Below are positions 31,201-46,399 of a DNA stretch of 64,000 nucleotides, one piece after another. Under the pieces are notes generated by a model. It was not told where the DNA came from and did not search any database. It saw only the letters and a list, made by a program, of their open reading frames with translations. This DNA comes from Eledone cirrhosa. Lineage: Eukaryota. Each line of letters opens with the position of its first letter. The stretch's first letter is position 1. The stretch lies in the NCBI GenBank assembly GCA_964016885.1, contig OZ024744.1, forward strand, positions 7,192,001 to 7,256,000. Direction: 5' to 3'. A program made the position numbers and the translations under genes.

Positions 31201-34200
31201 TGTATATATAATTGTTTGATGTCAGGTGTATATATAATTGTTTGATGTCACATGTATATATAATTGTTTGATGCCAGGTGTATATATAATTGTTTGATGC
31301 CAGGTGTGTATATAATAGTTTGATATCACATGTATATATGATTGTTTGATGCCAGGTGTATATAGAATTGTTTGATGCCACATGTATATATAATTGTTTG
31401 ATGTCAGGTGTATATATAATTGATTGATGTCAGGTGTATATATAATTTTTCAATCTCAGGTGTATATATAATTGTTTGATGTCACATGTATATATAATTG
31501 TATGATGTCAGGTGTATATATAATTGTTTGATGTCAGGTGTATATATAATTGTTTGATGTCAGGTGTATATATAATTATTTGATGTCAGGTGTATATATA
31601 ATTGTTTGATGTCACATGTATATATAATTGTTTGATGTCAGGTGTATATATAATTGTATGATGTCTGGTGTATATATAATTTTTTGATGTCACATGTATA
31701 TATAATTGTTCTTTGTCAGGTGTATATATAATTGTTTGATGTCAGGTGTATATATAATTGTTTGATGTCAGGTGTATATATAATTGTTTGATGTCAGGTG
31801 TATATATAATTGTTTGATGACAGGTGTATATATAATTGTTTGATGCCACATGTATATATAATTGTATGATGTCTCATGTATATATAATTGTTTGATGTCA
31901 GGTGTATATATAATTGTTTGATGTCACATGTATATATAATTGTTTGATGCCAGGTGTATATATAATTGTTTGATGCAAGGTGTATATATAATTGTTTGAT
32001 GCCACATGTATATATAATTGTTTGATGTCAGGTGTATGTATAATGTGTTGATGTCACATGTATATATAATTGTTTGATGTTACATGTATATACAATTGTT
32101 TGATGTCAGGTATATATATAATTGTTTGAGGTCAGGTATATATATAATTGTTTGATGTCACATGTATATATAATTGTTTGATGTCACATGTATATATAAT
32201 TGTTTGATGTCAGATCTATATATAATTGTTTGATGTCAGGTGTATATATAATTGTTTGATGTCACATGTATATATAATTGTTTGATGTCAGGTATATATA
32301 TTATTGTTTGATGTCAGGTATATATATAATTGTTTGATGTCATGTGTATATATAATTGTTTGATGTCACATGTATATATAATTGTTTGATGTCAGGTGTA
32401 TATATAATTGTTTGATGTCAGGTGTATATATAATTTTTTGATGTCAGATGCATATATAATTGTTTGATGTCACATGTATATATAATTGTTTGATGTCAGG
32501 TGTATATATAATTGTTTGATGTCAGGTGTATATATAATTGTTTGATGTCAGATGTATAATTAATTGTTTGATGTCAGGTGTATATATAATTGTTTGATGA
32601 CACATGTATATATAATTGTATGATGTCACATGTTTATATAATTGTTTGATGTCAGGTGTATATATAATTGTTTGATGTCACATGTATATATAATTGTCTG
32701 ATGCCAGGTGTACATATAATTGTTTGATATCAGGTGTATACATAATTGTTTTATGACATGTGTATATATAATTGTTTGATGTCACATGTATATATAATTG
32801 TTTGATGTCAGGTGTATATATAATTGTATGATGTCTGGTGTATATATAATTGTTTGAGGACAGGTGTATATATAATTGCTTGATGTCACATGTATATATA
32901 ATTGTTTGATGTCAGGTGTATATATAATTGTTTGATGTCACATGTATATATAATTGTTTGATTCCAGGTGTATATATAATTGTTTGATGCCAGGTGTATA
33001 TATACTTGTTTGATGTCACATGTATATATAATTGTTTGATGTCAGGTGTATAGATAATTGTTTGATGTCAGGTGTAATATAATTGTTTGATATCAGGTGT
33101 ATATATAATTGTTTGATGTCAGTTGTATATATAATTGTTTGATGTCACATGTATATATAATTGTTTGATGTCAGGTGTATATATAATTGTTTGATGTCAT
33201 ATGTATATATAATTGTTTGATGCCAGGTGTATATATAATTGTTTGATGCCAGGTGTATATATAATAGTTTGATGTCACATGTATATATAATTGTTTGATG
33301 CCAGGTGTATATATAATTGTTTGATGCCACATGTATATATAATTGTTTGATGTCAGGTGTATATATACTTGTTTGATGTCACATGTATATATAATTGTTT
33401 GATGTCAGGTGTATATATAATTGTATGATGTCAGGTGTATATATAATTGTATGATGTCAGGTGTATATATAATTGTTTGATGTCAGGTGTATATATAATT
33501 GATTGATGTCAGGTGTATATATAATTGTTCGATCTCAGGTGTATATATAATTGTTTGATGTCACATGTATATATAATTGTATGATGTCAGGTGTATATAT
33601 AATTGATTTATGTCAGGTGTATATATAACTGTTCGATCTCAGGTGTATATATAATTGTTTGATGTCACATGTATATATAATTGTATGATGACAGGTGTAT
33701 ATATAATTGTATGATGTCTCATCTATATATAATGTGTTGATGTCACATGTATATATAATTGTTTGATGTTACATGTATGTATAATTGTTTGATGTCAGGT
33801 GTTTATATAATTGTATGATGTCAGGTGTATATATAATTGTTTGATGTCACATGTATATATAATTGGTTGATGTCACATGTATATATAATTGTTTGATGTC
33901 AGGTATATATATAATTGTTTGATGTCACATGTATATATAATTGTTTGATGTCACATGTATATATAATTGTTTTATGTCAGATCTATATATAATTGTTTGA
34001 TGTCATGTGTATATATAATTGTTTGATGTCACATGTATATATAATTGTTTGATGTCAGGTATATATATAATTGTTTGATGTCAGGTATATATATAATTGT
34101 TTGATGTCATGTGTATATATAATTGTTTGATGTCACATGTATATATAATTGTTTGATGTCAGGTGTATATATAATTGTTTGATGTCAGGTGTATATATAA

Positions 34201-34259
34201 TTTTTTGATGTCAGATGTATATATAATTGTTTGATGTCACATGTATATATAATTGTTTG

Positions 34260-37200
34260 ATGTCAGGTGTATATATAATTGTTTGATGTCAGGTGTATAT
34301 ATAATTGTTTGATGTCAGGTGTATATATAATTGTTTGATGTCACATGTACATATAATTGTTTGATGTCAGGTGTATATATAATTGTTTGATGTCAGGTGT
34401 ATATATAATTGTTTGATGTCAGATGTATATATAATTGTTTGATGTCAGGTGTATATATAATTGTTTGATGACACATGTATATATAATTGTATGATGTCAC
34501 ATGTTTATATAATTGTTTGATGTCAGGTGTATATATAATTGTTTGATGTCAGGTGTATATATAATTGTTTGATGTCACATGTATATATAATTGTTTGATG
34601 TCAGGTGTATATATAATTGTTTGATGTCACATGTATATATAATTGTCTGATGCCAGGTGTACATATAATTGTTTGATATCAGGTGTATACATAATTGTTT
34701 TATGACAGGTGTATATATAATTGTTTGATGTCACATGTATATATAATGGTTTTATGCCAGGTGTATATTTAATTCTCTGATGTCACATGTATATATAATT
34801 GTTTGATGTCAGGTGTATATATAATTATATGATGTCTGGTGTATATATAATTGTTTGAGGACAGGTGTATATATAATTGTTTGATGTCAGGTGTATATAT
34901 AATTGTTTGATGTCACATGTATATATAATTGTTTGATGTCAGGTGTATATATAATTGTTTGATGTCAGGTGTATATATAATTGTCTGATGTCAGATGTAT
35001 ATATAATTGTTTGATGTCAGGTGTATATATAATTGTTTGATGTCACATGTATATATAATTGTATGATGTCACATGTTTATATAATTGTTTGATGTCAGGT
35101 GTATATATAATTGTTTGATGTCACATGTATATATAATGGTCTGATGCCAGGTGTACATATAATTGTTTGATATCAGGTGTATACATAATTGTTTGATGAC
35201 AGGTGTATATATAATTGTTTGATGTCACATGTATATATTATTGTTTGATGCAGGTGTATATTTAATTCTTTGATGTCACATGTATATATAATTGTTTGAT
35301 GTCAGGTGTATATATAATTGTATGATGTCTGGTGTATATATAATTGTTTGAGGACAGGTGTATATATAATTGTTTGATGTCAGGTGTATATATAATTGTT
35401 TGATGTCACATGTATATATAATTGTTTGATGTCAGGTGTATATATAATTGTTTGATGTCACATGTATATATAATTGTTTGATGTCAGGTGTATATATAAT
35501 TGTTTGATGTCACATGTATATATAATTGTTTGATGTCACATGTATATATAATTGTTTGATATCAGGTGTATATATAATTGTTTGATGTCACATGTATATA
35601 TAATTGTTTGATGTCAGGTGTATATATAATTGTTTGATGTCACATGTATATATAATTGTTTGATGTCACGTGTATATATAATTTGTTGATGTCACATGTA
35701 TATATAATTGTTTGATGCCACATGTATATATAATTGTATGATATCTCATGTATATATAATTGTTTGATGTCAGGTGTATATATAATTGTTTGATGTCACA
35801 TGTATATATAATTGTTTGATGCCAGGTGTATATATAATTGTTTGATGCCAGGTTTATATATAATTGTTTGATGTCACATGTATATATAATTGTTTGATGC
35901 CAGCTGTATATATAATTGTTTGATGCCACATGTATATATAATTGTTTGATGTCATGTGTATATATAATGTGTTGATGTCACATGTATATATAATTGTTTG
36001 ATGTTACATGTATATACAATTGTTTGATGTCAGGTGTATGTATAATTGTTTGATGTCAGGTGTATATATAATTGTTTGATGTCAGGTGTATATATAATTG
36101 TTTGATGTCAGGTGTATATATAATTGTTTGATGTCACATGTACATATAATTGTTTGATGTCAGGTGTATATATAATTGTTTGATGTCAGGTGTATATATA
36201 ATTGTTTGATGTCAGATGTATATATAATTGTTTGATGTCAGGTGTATATATAATTGTTTGATGACACATGTATATATAATTGTATGATGTCACATGTTTA
36301 TATAATTGTTTGATGTCAGGTGTATATATAATTGTTTGATGTCAGGTGTATATATAATTGTTTGATGTCACATGTATATATAATTGTTTGATGTCAGGTG
36401 TATATATAATTGTTTGATGTCACATGTATATATAATTGTCTGATGCCAGGTGTACATATAATTGTTTGATATCAGGTGTATACATAATTGTTTTATGACA
36501 GGTGTATATATAATTGTTTGATGTCACATGTATATATAATGGTTTTATGCCAGGTGTATATTTAATTCTCTGATGTCACATGTATATATAATTGTTTGAT
36601 GTCAGGTGTATATATAATTGTATGATGTCTGGTGTATATATAATTGTTTGAGGACAGGTGTATATATAATTGTTTGATGTCAGGTGTATATATAATTGTT
36701 TGATGTCACATGTATATATAATTGTTTGATGTCAGGTGTATATATAATTGTTTGATGTCAGGTGTATATATAATTGTCTGATGTCAGATGTATATATAAT
36801 TGTTTGATGTCAGGTGTATATATAATTGTTTGATGTCACATGTATATATAATTGTATGATGTCACATGTTTATATAATTGTTTGATGTCAGGTGTATATA
36901 TAATTGTTTGATGTCACATGTATATATAATGGTCTGATGCCAGGTGTACATATAATTGTTTGATATCAGGTGTATACATAATTGTTTGATGACAGGTGTA
37001 TATATAATTGTTTGATGTCACATGTATATATTATTGTTTGATGCAGGTGTATATTTAATTCTTTGATGTCACATGTATATATAATTGTTTGATGTCAGGT
37101 GTATATATAATTGTATGATGTCTGGTGTATATATAATTGTTTGAGGACAGGTGTATATATAATTGTTTGATGTCAGGTGTATATATAATTGTTTGATGTC

Positions 37201-39570
37201 ACATGTATATATAATTGTTTGATGTCAGGTGTATATATAATTGTTTGATGTCACATGTATATATAATTGTTTGATGTCAGGTGTATATATAATTGTTTGA
37301 TGTCACATGTATATATAATTGTTTGATGTCACATGTATATATAATTGTTTGATATCAGGTGTATATATAATTGTTTGATGTCACATGTATATATAATTGT
37401 TTGATGTCAGGTGTATATATAATTGTTTGATGTCACATGTATATATAATTGTTTGATGTCACGTGTATATATAATTTGTTGATGTCACATGTATATATAA
37501 TTGTTTGATGCCACATGTATATATAATTGTATGATATCTCATGTATATATAATTGTTTGATGTCAGGTGTATATATAATTGTTTGATGTCACATGTATAT
37601 ATAATTGTTTGATGCCAGGTGTATATATAATTGTTTGATGCCAGGTTTATATATAATTGTTTGATGTCACATGTATATATAATTGTTTGATGCCAGCTGT
37701 ATATATAATTGTTTGATGCCACATGTATATATAATTGTTTGATGTCATGTGTATATATAATGTGTTGATGTCACATGTATATATAATTGTTTGATGTTAC
37801 ATGTATATACAATTGTTTGATGTCAGGTGTATGTATAATTGTTTGATGTCAGGTGTATATATAATTGTTTGATGTCAGGTGTATATATAATTGTTTGATG
37901 TCAGGTGTATATATAATTGTTTGATGTCACATGTACATATAATTGTTTGATGTCAGGTGTATATATAATTGTTTGATGTCAGGTGTATATATAATTGTTT
38001 GATGTCAGATGTATATATAATTGTTTGATGTCAGGTGTATATATAATTGTTTGATGACACATGTATATATAATTGTATGATGTCACATGTTTATATAATT
38101 GTTTGATGTCAGGTGTATATATAATTGTTTGATGTCAGGTGTATATATAATTGTTTGATGTCACATGTATATATAATTGTTTGATGTCAGGTGTATATAT
38201 AATTGTTTGATGTCACATGTATATATAATTGTCTGATGCCAGGTGTACATATAATTGTTTGATATCAGGTGTATACATAATTGTTTTATGACAGGTGTAT
38301 ATATAATTGTTTGATGTCACATGTATATATAATGGTTTTATGCCAGGTGTATATTTAATTCTCTGATGTCACATGTATATATAATTGTTTGATGTCAGGT
38401 GTATATATAATTGTATGATGTCTGGTGTATATATAATTGTTTGAGGACAGGTGTATATATAATTGTTTGATGTCAGGTGTATATATAATTGTTTGATGTC
38501 ACATGTATATATAATTGTTTGATGTCAGGTGTATATATAATTGTTTGATGTCAGGTGTATATATAATTGTCTGATGTCAGATGTATATATAATTGTTTGA
38601 TGTCAGGTGTATATATAATTGTTTGATGTCACATGTATATATAATTGTATGATGTCACATGTTTATATAATTGTTTGATGTCAGGTGTATATATAATTGT
38701 TTGATGTCACATGTATATATAATGGTCTGATGCCAGGTGTACATATAATTGTTTGATATCAGGTGTATACATAATTGTTTGATGACAGGTGTATATATAA
38801 TTGTTTGATGTCACATGTATATATTATTGTTTGATGCCAGGTGTATATTTAATTCTTTGATGTCACATGTATATATAATTGTTTGATGTCAGGTGTATAT
38901 ATAATTGTATGATGTCTGGTGTATATATAATTGTTTGAGGACAGGTGTATATATAATTGTTTGATGTCAGGTGTATATATAATTGTTTGATGTCACATGT
39001 ATATATAATTGTTTGATGTCAGGTGTATATATAATTGTTTGATGTCACGTGTATATATAATTGTTTGATGTCACATGTATATATAATTGTTTGATATCAG
39101 GTGTATATATAATTGTTTGATGTCACATGTATATATAATTGTTTGATGTCAGGTGTATATATAATTGTTTGATGTCACATGTATATATAATTGTTTGATG
39201 TCACGTGTATATATAATTTGTTGATGTCACATGTATATATAATTGTTTGATGCCACATGTATATATAATTGTATGATGTCTCAAGTATATATAATTGTTT
39301 GATGTCAGGTGTATATATAATTGTTTGATGTCACATGTATATATAATTGTTTGATGCCAGGTGTATATATAATTGTTTGATGCCAGGTTTATATATAATT
39401 GTTTGATGTCACATGTATATATAATTGTTTGATGCCAGCTGTATATATAATTGTTTGATGCCACATGTATATATAATTGTTTGATGTCACGTGTATATAT
39501 AATGTGTTGATGTCACATGTATATATAATTGTTTGATGTTACATGTATATACAATTGTTTGATGTCAGGT
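34260..39570 (+). repeat. Tandem triplication of a 69/67-monomer HOR (1793, 1793, 1742 bp)
   Basis: CACATGTACATAT marker at ~34348, 36141 and 37934 (1793 apart). Pseudo-ORFs at 35666, 37459 and 39201. A shared 1-bp-deleted monomer GATGCAGG occurs at ~35250 and ~37043. Confidence 0.85.
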
Positions 39571-42500
39571 GTATGTATAATTGTATGATGTCAGGTGTAT
39601 ATATAATTGTTTGATGTCACATGTATATATTATTGGTTGATGTCACATGTATATACAATTGTTTGATGTCAGGTATATATATAATTGTTTGAGGTCAGGT
39701 ATATATATAATTGTTTGATGTCACATGTATATATAATTGTTTGATGTCACATGTATATATAATTGTTTGATGTCAGATCTATATATAATTGTTTGATGTC
39801 AGGTGTATATATAATTGTTTGATGTCACATGTATATATAATTGTTTGATGTCAGGTATATATATTATTGTTTGATGTCAGGTATATATATAATTGTTTGA
39901 TGTCATGTGTATATATAATTGTTTGATGTCACATGTATATATAATTGTTTGATGTCAGGTGTATATATAATTTTTTGATGTCAGATGCATATATAATTGT
40001 TTGATGTCACATGTATATATAATTGTTTGATGTCAGGTGTATATATAATTGTTTTATGTCAGGTGTATATATAATTGTTTGATGACACATGTATATATAA
40101 TTGTGTGATGTCACATGTTTATATAATTGTTTGATGTCAGGTGTATATATAATTGTTTGATGTCACATGTATATATAATTGTCTGATGCCAGGTGTACAT
40201 ATAATTGTTTGATATCAGGTGTATACATAATTGTTTTATGACATGTGTATATATAATTGTTTGATGTCACATGTATATATAATTGTTTGATGTCAGGTGT
40301 ATATATAATTGTATGATGTCTGGTGTATATATAATTGTTTGAGGACAGGTGTATATATAATTGTTTGATGTCAGGTGTATATATAATTGTTTGATGTCAC
40401 ATGTATATATAATTGGGTGATGTCAGGTGTATATATAATTGTTTGATGTCACATGTATATATAATTGTTTGATTCCAGGTGTATATATAATTGTTTGATG
40501 CCAGGTGTATATATACTTGTTTGATGTCACATGTATATATAATCGTTTGATGTCAGGTGTATAGATAATTGTTTGATGTCAGGTGTAATATAATTGTTTG
40601 ATATCAGGTGTATATATAATTGTTTGATGTCAGTTGTATATATAATTGTTTGATGTCACATGTATATATAATTGTTTGATGTCAGGTGTATATATAATTG
40701 TTTGATGTCATATGTATATATAATTGTTTGATGCCAGGTGTATATATAATTGTTTGATGCCAGGTGTATATATAATACTTTGATGTCACATGTATATATA
40801 ATTGTTTGATGCCAGGTGTATATATAATTGTTTGATGCCACATGTATATATAATTGTTTGATGTCAGGTGTATATATACTTGTTTGATGTCACATGTATA
40901 TATAATTGTTTGATGTCAGGTGTATATATAATTGTATGATGTCAGGTGTATATATAATTGTATGATGTCAGGTGTATATATAATTGTTTGATGTCAGGTG
41001 TATATATAATTGATTGATGTCAGGTGTATATATAATTGTTCGATCTCAGGTGTATATATAATTGTTTGATGTCACATGTATATATAATTGTATGATGTCA
41101 GGTGTATATATAATTGTTTGATGTCAGGTGTATATATAATTGTTTGATGTCAGATGTATATATAATTGTTTGATGTCACATGTATATATAATTGTTTGAT
41201 GTCACATGTATATATAATTGTTTGATGTCAGGTGTATATATAATTGTTTGATGTCAGGTGTATATATAATTGTTTGATGACAGGTGTATATATAATTGTT
41301 TGGTGCCACATGTATATATAATTGTATGATGTCTCATGTATATATAATTGTTTGATGTCAGGTGTATATATAATTGTTTGATGTCACATGTATATATAAT
41401 TGTTTGATGCCAGCTGTATATATAATTGTTTGATGACACATGTATATATAATTGTTTGATGTCACGTGTATATATAATGTGTTGATGTCACATGTATATA
41501 TAATTGTTTGATATTACATGTATGTATAATTGTTTGATGTCAGGTGTTTATATAATTGTATGATGTCAGGTGTATATATAATTTTTGATGTCACATGTAT
41601 ATATAATTGTTTGATGTCAGGTATATATATAATTGTTTGAGGTCAGGTATATATATAATTGTTTGATGTCACATGTATATATAATTGTTTGATGTCACAT
41701 GTATATATAATTGTTTTATGTCAGATCTATATATAATTGTTTGATGTCAGGTGTATATATAATTGTTTGATGTCACATGTATATATAATTGTTTGATGTC
41801 AGGTATATATATAATTGTTTGATGTCAGGTATATATATAATTGTTTGATGTCATGTGTATATATAATTGTTTGATGTCACATGTATATATAATTGTTTGA
41901 TGTCAGGTGTATATATAATTGTTTGATGTCAGGTGTATATATAATTTTTTGATGTCAGATGTATATATAATTGTTTGATGTCACATGTATATATAATTGT
42001 TTGATGTCAGGTGTATATATAATTGTTTGATGTCAGGTATATATATAATTGTTTGATGTCAGGTGTATATATAATTGTTTGATGTCACATGTACATATAA
42101 TTGTTTGATGTCAGGTGTATATATAATTGTTTGATGTCAGGTGTATATATAATTTTTTGATGTCAGATGTATATATAATTGTTTGATGTCAGGTGTATAT
42201 ATAATTGTTTGATGACACATGTATATATAATTGTATGATGTCACATGTTTATATAATTGTTTGATGTCAGGTGTATATATAATTGTTTGATGTCAGTTGT
42301 ATATATAATTGTTTGATGTCACATGTATATATAATTGTTTGATGTCAGGTGTATATATAATTGTTTGATGTCACATGTATATATAATTGTCTGATGCCAG
42401 GTGTACATATAATTGTTTGATATCAGGTGTATACATAATTGTTTTATGACAGGTGTATATATAATTGTTTGATGTCACATGTATATATAATGGTTTTATG

Positions 42501-45500
42501 CCAGGTGTATATTTAATTCTCTGATGTCACATGTATATATAATTGTTTGATGTCAGGTGTATATATAATTGTTTGATGTCACATGTATATATAATTGTTT
42601 GATGTCAGGTGTATATATAATTGTTTGATGTCAGGTGTATATATAATTGTCTGATGTCAGATGTATATATAATTGTTTGATGTCAGGTGTATATATAATT
42701 GTTTGATGTCACATGTATATATAATTGTATGATGTCACATGTTTATATAATTGTTTGATGTCAGGTGTATATATAATTGTTTGATGTCACATGTATATAT
42801 AATGGTCTGATGCCAGGTGTACATATAATTGTTTGATATCAGGTGTATACATAATTGTTTGATGACAGGTGTATATATAATTGTTTGATGTCACATGTAT
42901 ATATTATTGTTTGATGCCAGGTGTATATTTAATTCTTTGATGTCACATGTATATATAATTGTTTGATGTCAGGTGTATATATAATTGTATGATGTCTGGT
43001 GTATATATAATTGTTTGAGGACAGGTGTATATATAATTGTTTGATGTCAGGTGTATATATAATTGTTTGATGTCACATGTATATATAATTGTTTGATGTC
43101 AGGTGTATATATAATTGTTTGATGTCACATGTATATATAATTGTTTGATGTCAGGTGTATATATAATTGTTTGATGTCACGTGTATATATAATTGTTTGA
43201 TGTCACATGTATATATAATTCTTTGATATCAGGTGTATATATAATTGTTTGATGTCACATGTATATATAATTGTTTGATGTCAGGTGTATATATAATTGT
43301 TTGATGTCACGTGTATATATAATTGTTTGATGTCACATGTATATATAATTATTTCATGTCAGGTGTATATATAATTGTTTGATGTCAGATGTATATATAA
43401 TTGTTTGATGTCACATGTATATATAATAGTATGATGTCAGGTGTATATATAATTGTTTGATGTCACATGTATATATAATTGTTTGATGTCAGGTGTATAT
43501 ATAATTGTTTGATGTCACATGTATATATAATTGTTTGATGCCAGGTGTATATATAATTGTTTGATGCCAGGTGTGTATATAATAGTTTGATGTCACATGT
43601 ATATATGATTGTTTGATGCCAGGTGTATATAGAATTGTTTGATGCCACATGTATATATAATTGTTTGATGTCAGGTGTATATATAATTGATTGATGTCAG
43701 GTGTATATATAATTTTTCAATCTCAGGTGTATATATAATTGTTTGATGTCACATGTATATATAATTGTATGATGTCAGGTGTATATATAATTGTTTGATG
43801 TCAGGTGTATATATAATTGTTTGATGTCAGGTGTATATATAATTATTTGATGTCAGGTGTATATATAATTGTTTGATGTCACATGTATATATAATTGTTT
43901 GATGTCAGGTGTATATATAATTGTATGATGTCTGGTGTATATATAATTTTTTGATGTCACATGTATATATAATTGTTCTTTGTCAGGTGTATACATAATT
44001 GTTTGATTTCAGGTGTATATATAATTGTTTGATGTCAGGTGTATATATAATTGTTTGATGTCAGGTGTATATATAATTGTTTGATGACAGGTGTATATAT
44101 AATTGTTTGATGCCACATGTATATATAATTGTATGATGTCTCATGTATATATAATTGTTTGATGTCAGGTGTATATATAATTGTTTGATGTCACATGTAT
44201 ATATAATTGTTTGATGCCAGGTGTATATATAATTCTTTGATGCCAGGTGTATATATAATTGTTTGATGTCACATGTATATATAATTGTTTGATGCCAGCT
44301 GTATATATAAATGTTTGATGCCACATGTATATATAATTGTTTGATGTCACGTGTATATATAATGTGTTGATGTCACATGTATATATAATTGTTTGATGTT
44401 ACATGTATGTACAATTGTTTGATGTCAGGTGTATATATAATTGTATGATGTCAGGTGTATATATAATTGTTTGATGTCACATGTATATATAATTGGTTGA
44501 TGTCACATGTATATATAATTGTTTGATGTCAGGTATATATATAATTGTTTGAGGTCAGGTATATATATAATTGTTTGATGTCACATGTATATATAATTGT
44601 TTGATGTCACATGTATATATAATTGTTTGATGTCAGATCGATATATAATTGTTTGATGTCAGGTGTATATATAATTGTTTGATGTCACATGTATATATAA
44701 TTGTTTGATGTCAGGTATATATATTATTGTTTGATGTCAGGTATATATATAATTGTTTGATGTCATGTGTATATATAATTGTTTGATGTCACATGTATAT
44801 ATAATTGTTTGATGTCAGGTGTATATATAATTGTTTGATGTCAGGTGTATATATAATTTTTTGATGTCAGATGCATATATAATTGTTTGATGTCACATGT
44901 ATATATAATTGTTTGATGTCAGGTGTATATATAATTGTTTGATGTCAGGTGTATATATAATTGTTTGATGTCAGATGTATAATTAATTGTTTGATGTCAG
45001 GTGTATATATAATTGTTTGATGACACATGTATATATAATTTTATGATGTCACATGTTTATATAATTGTTTGATGTCAGGTGTATATATAATTGTTTGATG
45101 TCACATGTATATATAATTGTCTGATGCCAGGTGTACACATAATTGTTTGATATCAGGTGTATACATAATTGTTTTATGACATGTGTATATATAATTGTTT
45201 GATGTCACATGTATATATAATTGTTTGATGTCAGGTGTATATATAATTGTATGATGTCTGGTGTATATATAATTGTTTGAGGACAGGTGTATATATAATT
45301 GTTTGATGTCAGGTGTATATATAATTGTTTGATGTCACATGTATATATAATTGTTTGATGTCAGGTGTATATATAATTGTTTGATGTCACATGTATATAT
45401 AATTGTTTGATTCCAGGTGTATATATAATTGTTTGATGCCAGGTGTATATATACTTGTTTGATGTCACATGTATATATAATTGTTTGATGTCAGGTGTAT

Positions 45501-46399
45501 AGATAATTGTTTGATGTCAGGTGTAATATAATTGTTTGATATCAGGTGTATATATAATTGTTTGATGTCAGTTGTATATATAATTGTTTGATGTCACATG
45601 TATATATAATTGTTTGATGTCAGGTGTATATATAATTGTTTGATGTCACATGTATATATAATTGTTCGATGCCAGGTGTATATATAATTGTTTGATGCCA
45701 GGTGTATATATAATAGTTTGATGTCACATGTATATATAATTGTTTGATGCCAGGTGTATATATAATTGTTTGATGTCACATGTATATATAATTGTTTGAT
45801 GTCCGGTGTATATATACTTGTTTGATGTCACATGTATATATAATTGTTTGATGTCAGGTGTATATATAATTGTATGATGTCAGGTGTATATATAATTGTA
45901 TGATGTCAGGTGTATATATAATTGTTTGATGTCAGGTGTATATATAATTGATTGATGTCAGGTGTATATATAATTGTTCGATCTCAGGTGTATATATAAT
46001 TGTTTGATGTCACATGTATATATAATTGTATGATGTCAGGTGTATATATAATTGTTTCATGTCAGGTGTATATATAATTGTTTGATGTCAGATGTATATA
46101 TAATTGTTTGATGTCACATGTATATATAATTGTTTGATGTCAGGTGTATATATAATTGATTGATGTCAGGTGTATATATAACTGTTCGATCTCAGGTGTA
46201 TATATAATTGTTTGATGACACATGTATATATAATTGTTTGATGTCAGGTGTATATATAATTGATTGATGTCAGGTGTATATATAATTGTTTGATGTCAGG
46301 TGTATATATAATTGTTTGATGTCACATGTATATATAATTGTATGATGTCACATGTTTATATAATTGTTTGATGTCAGGTGTATATATAATTGTTTGATG

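Larger units (their letters stand above)
1..32500 (+). repeat. HOR subfamily A domain of the satellite (boundary approximate)
   Basis: Recurrent diagnostic monomers: GTGTGTATATAATAGTTTG/ATGATTG/ATAGAATT (the 'MASNNSIY' pseudo-ORF block at 4196, 5883, 7026, 12977, 16798, 27373, 31196), TTTTTCAATCTC, GTTCTTTGTC and (A/C)TTTCATGTC. Confidence 0.75.
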
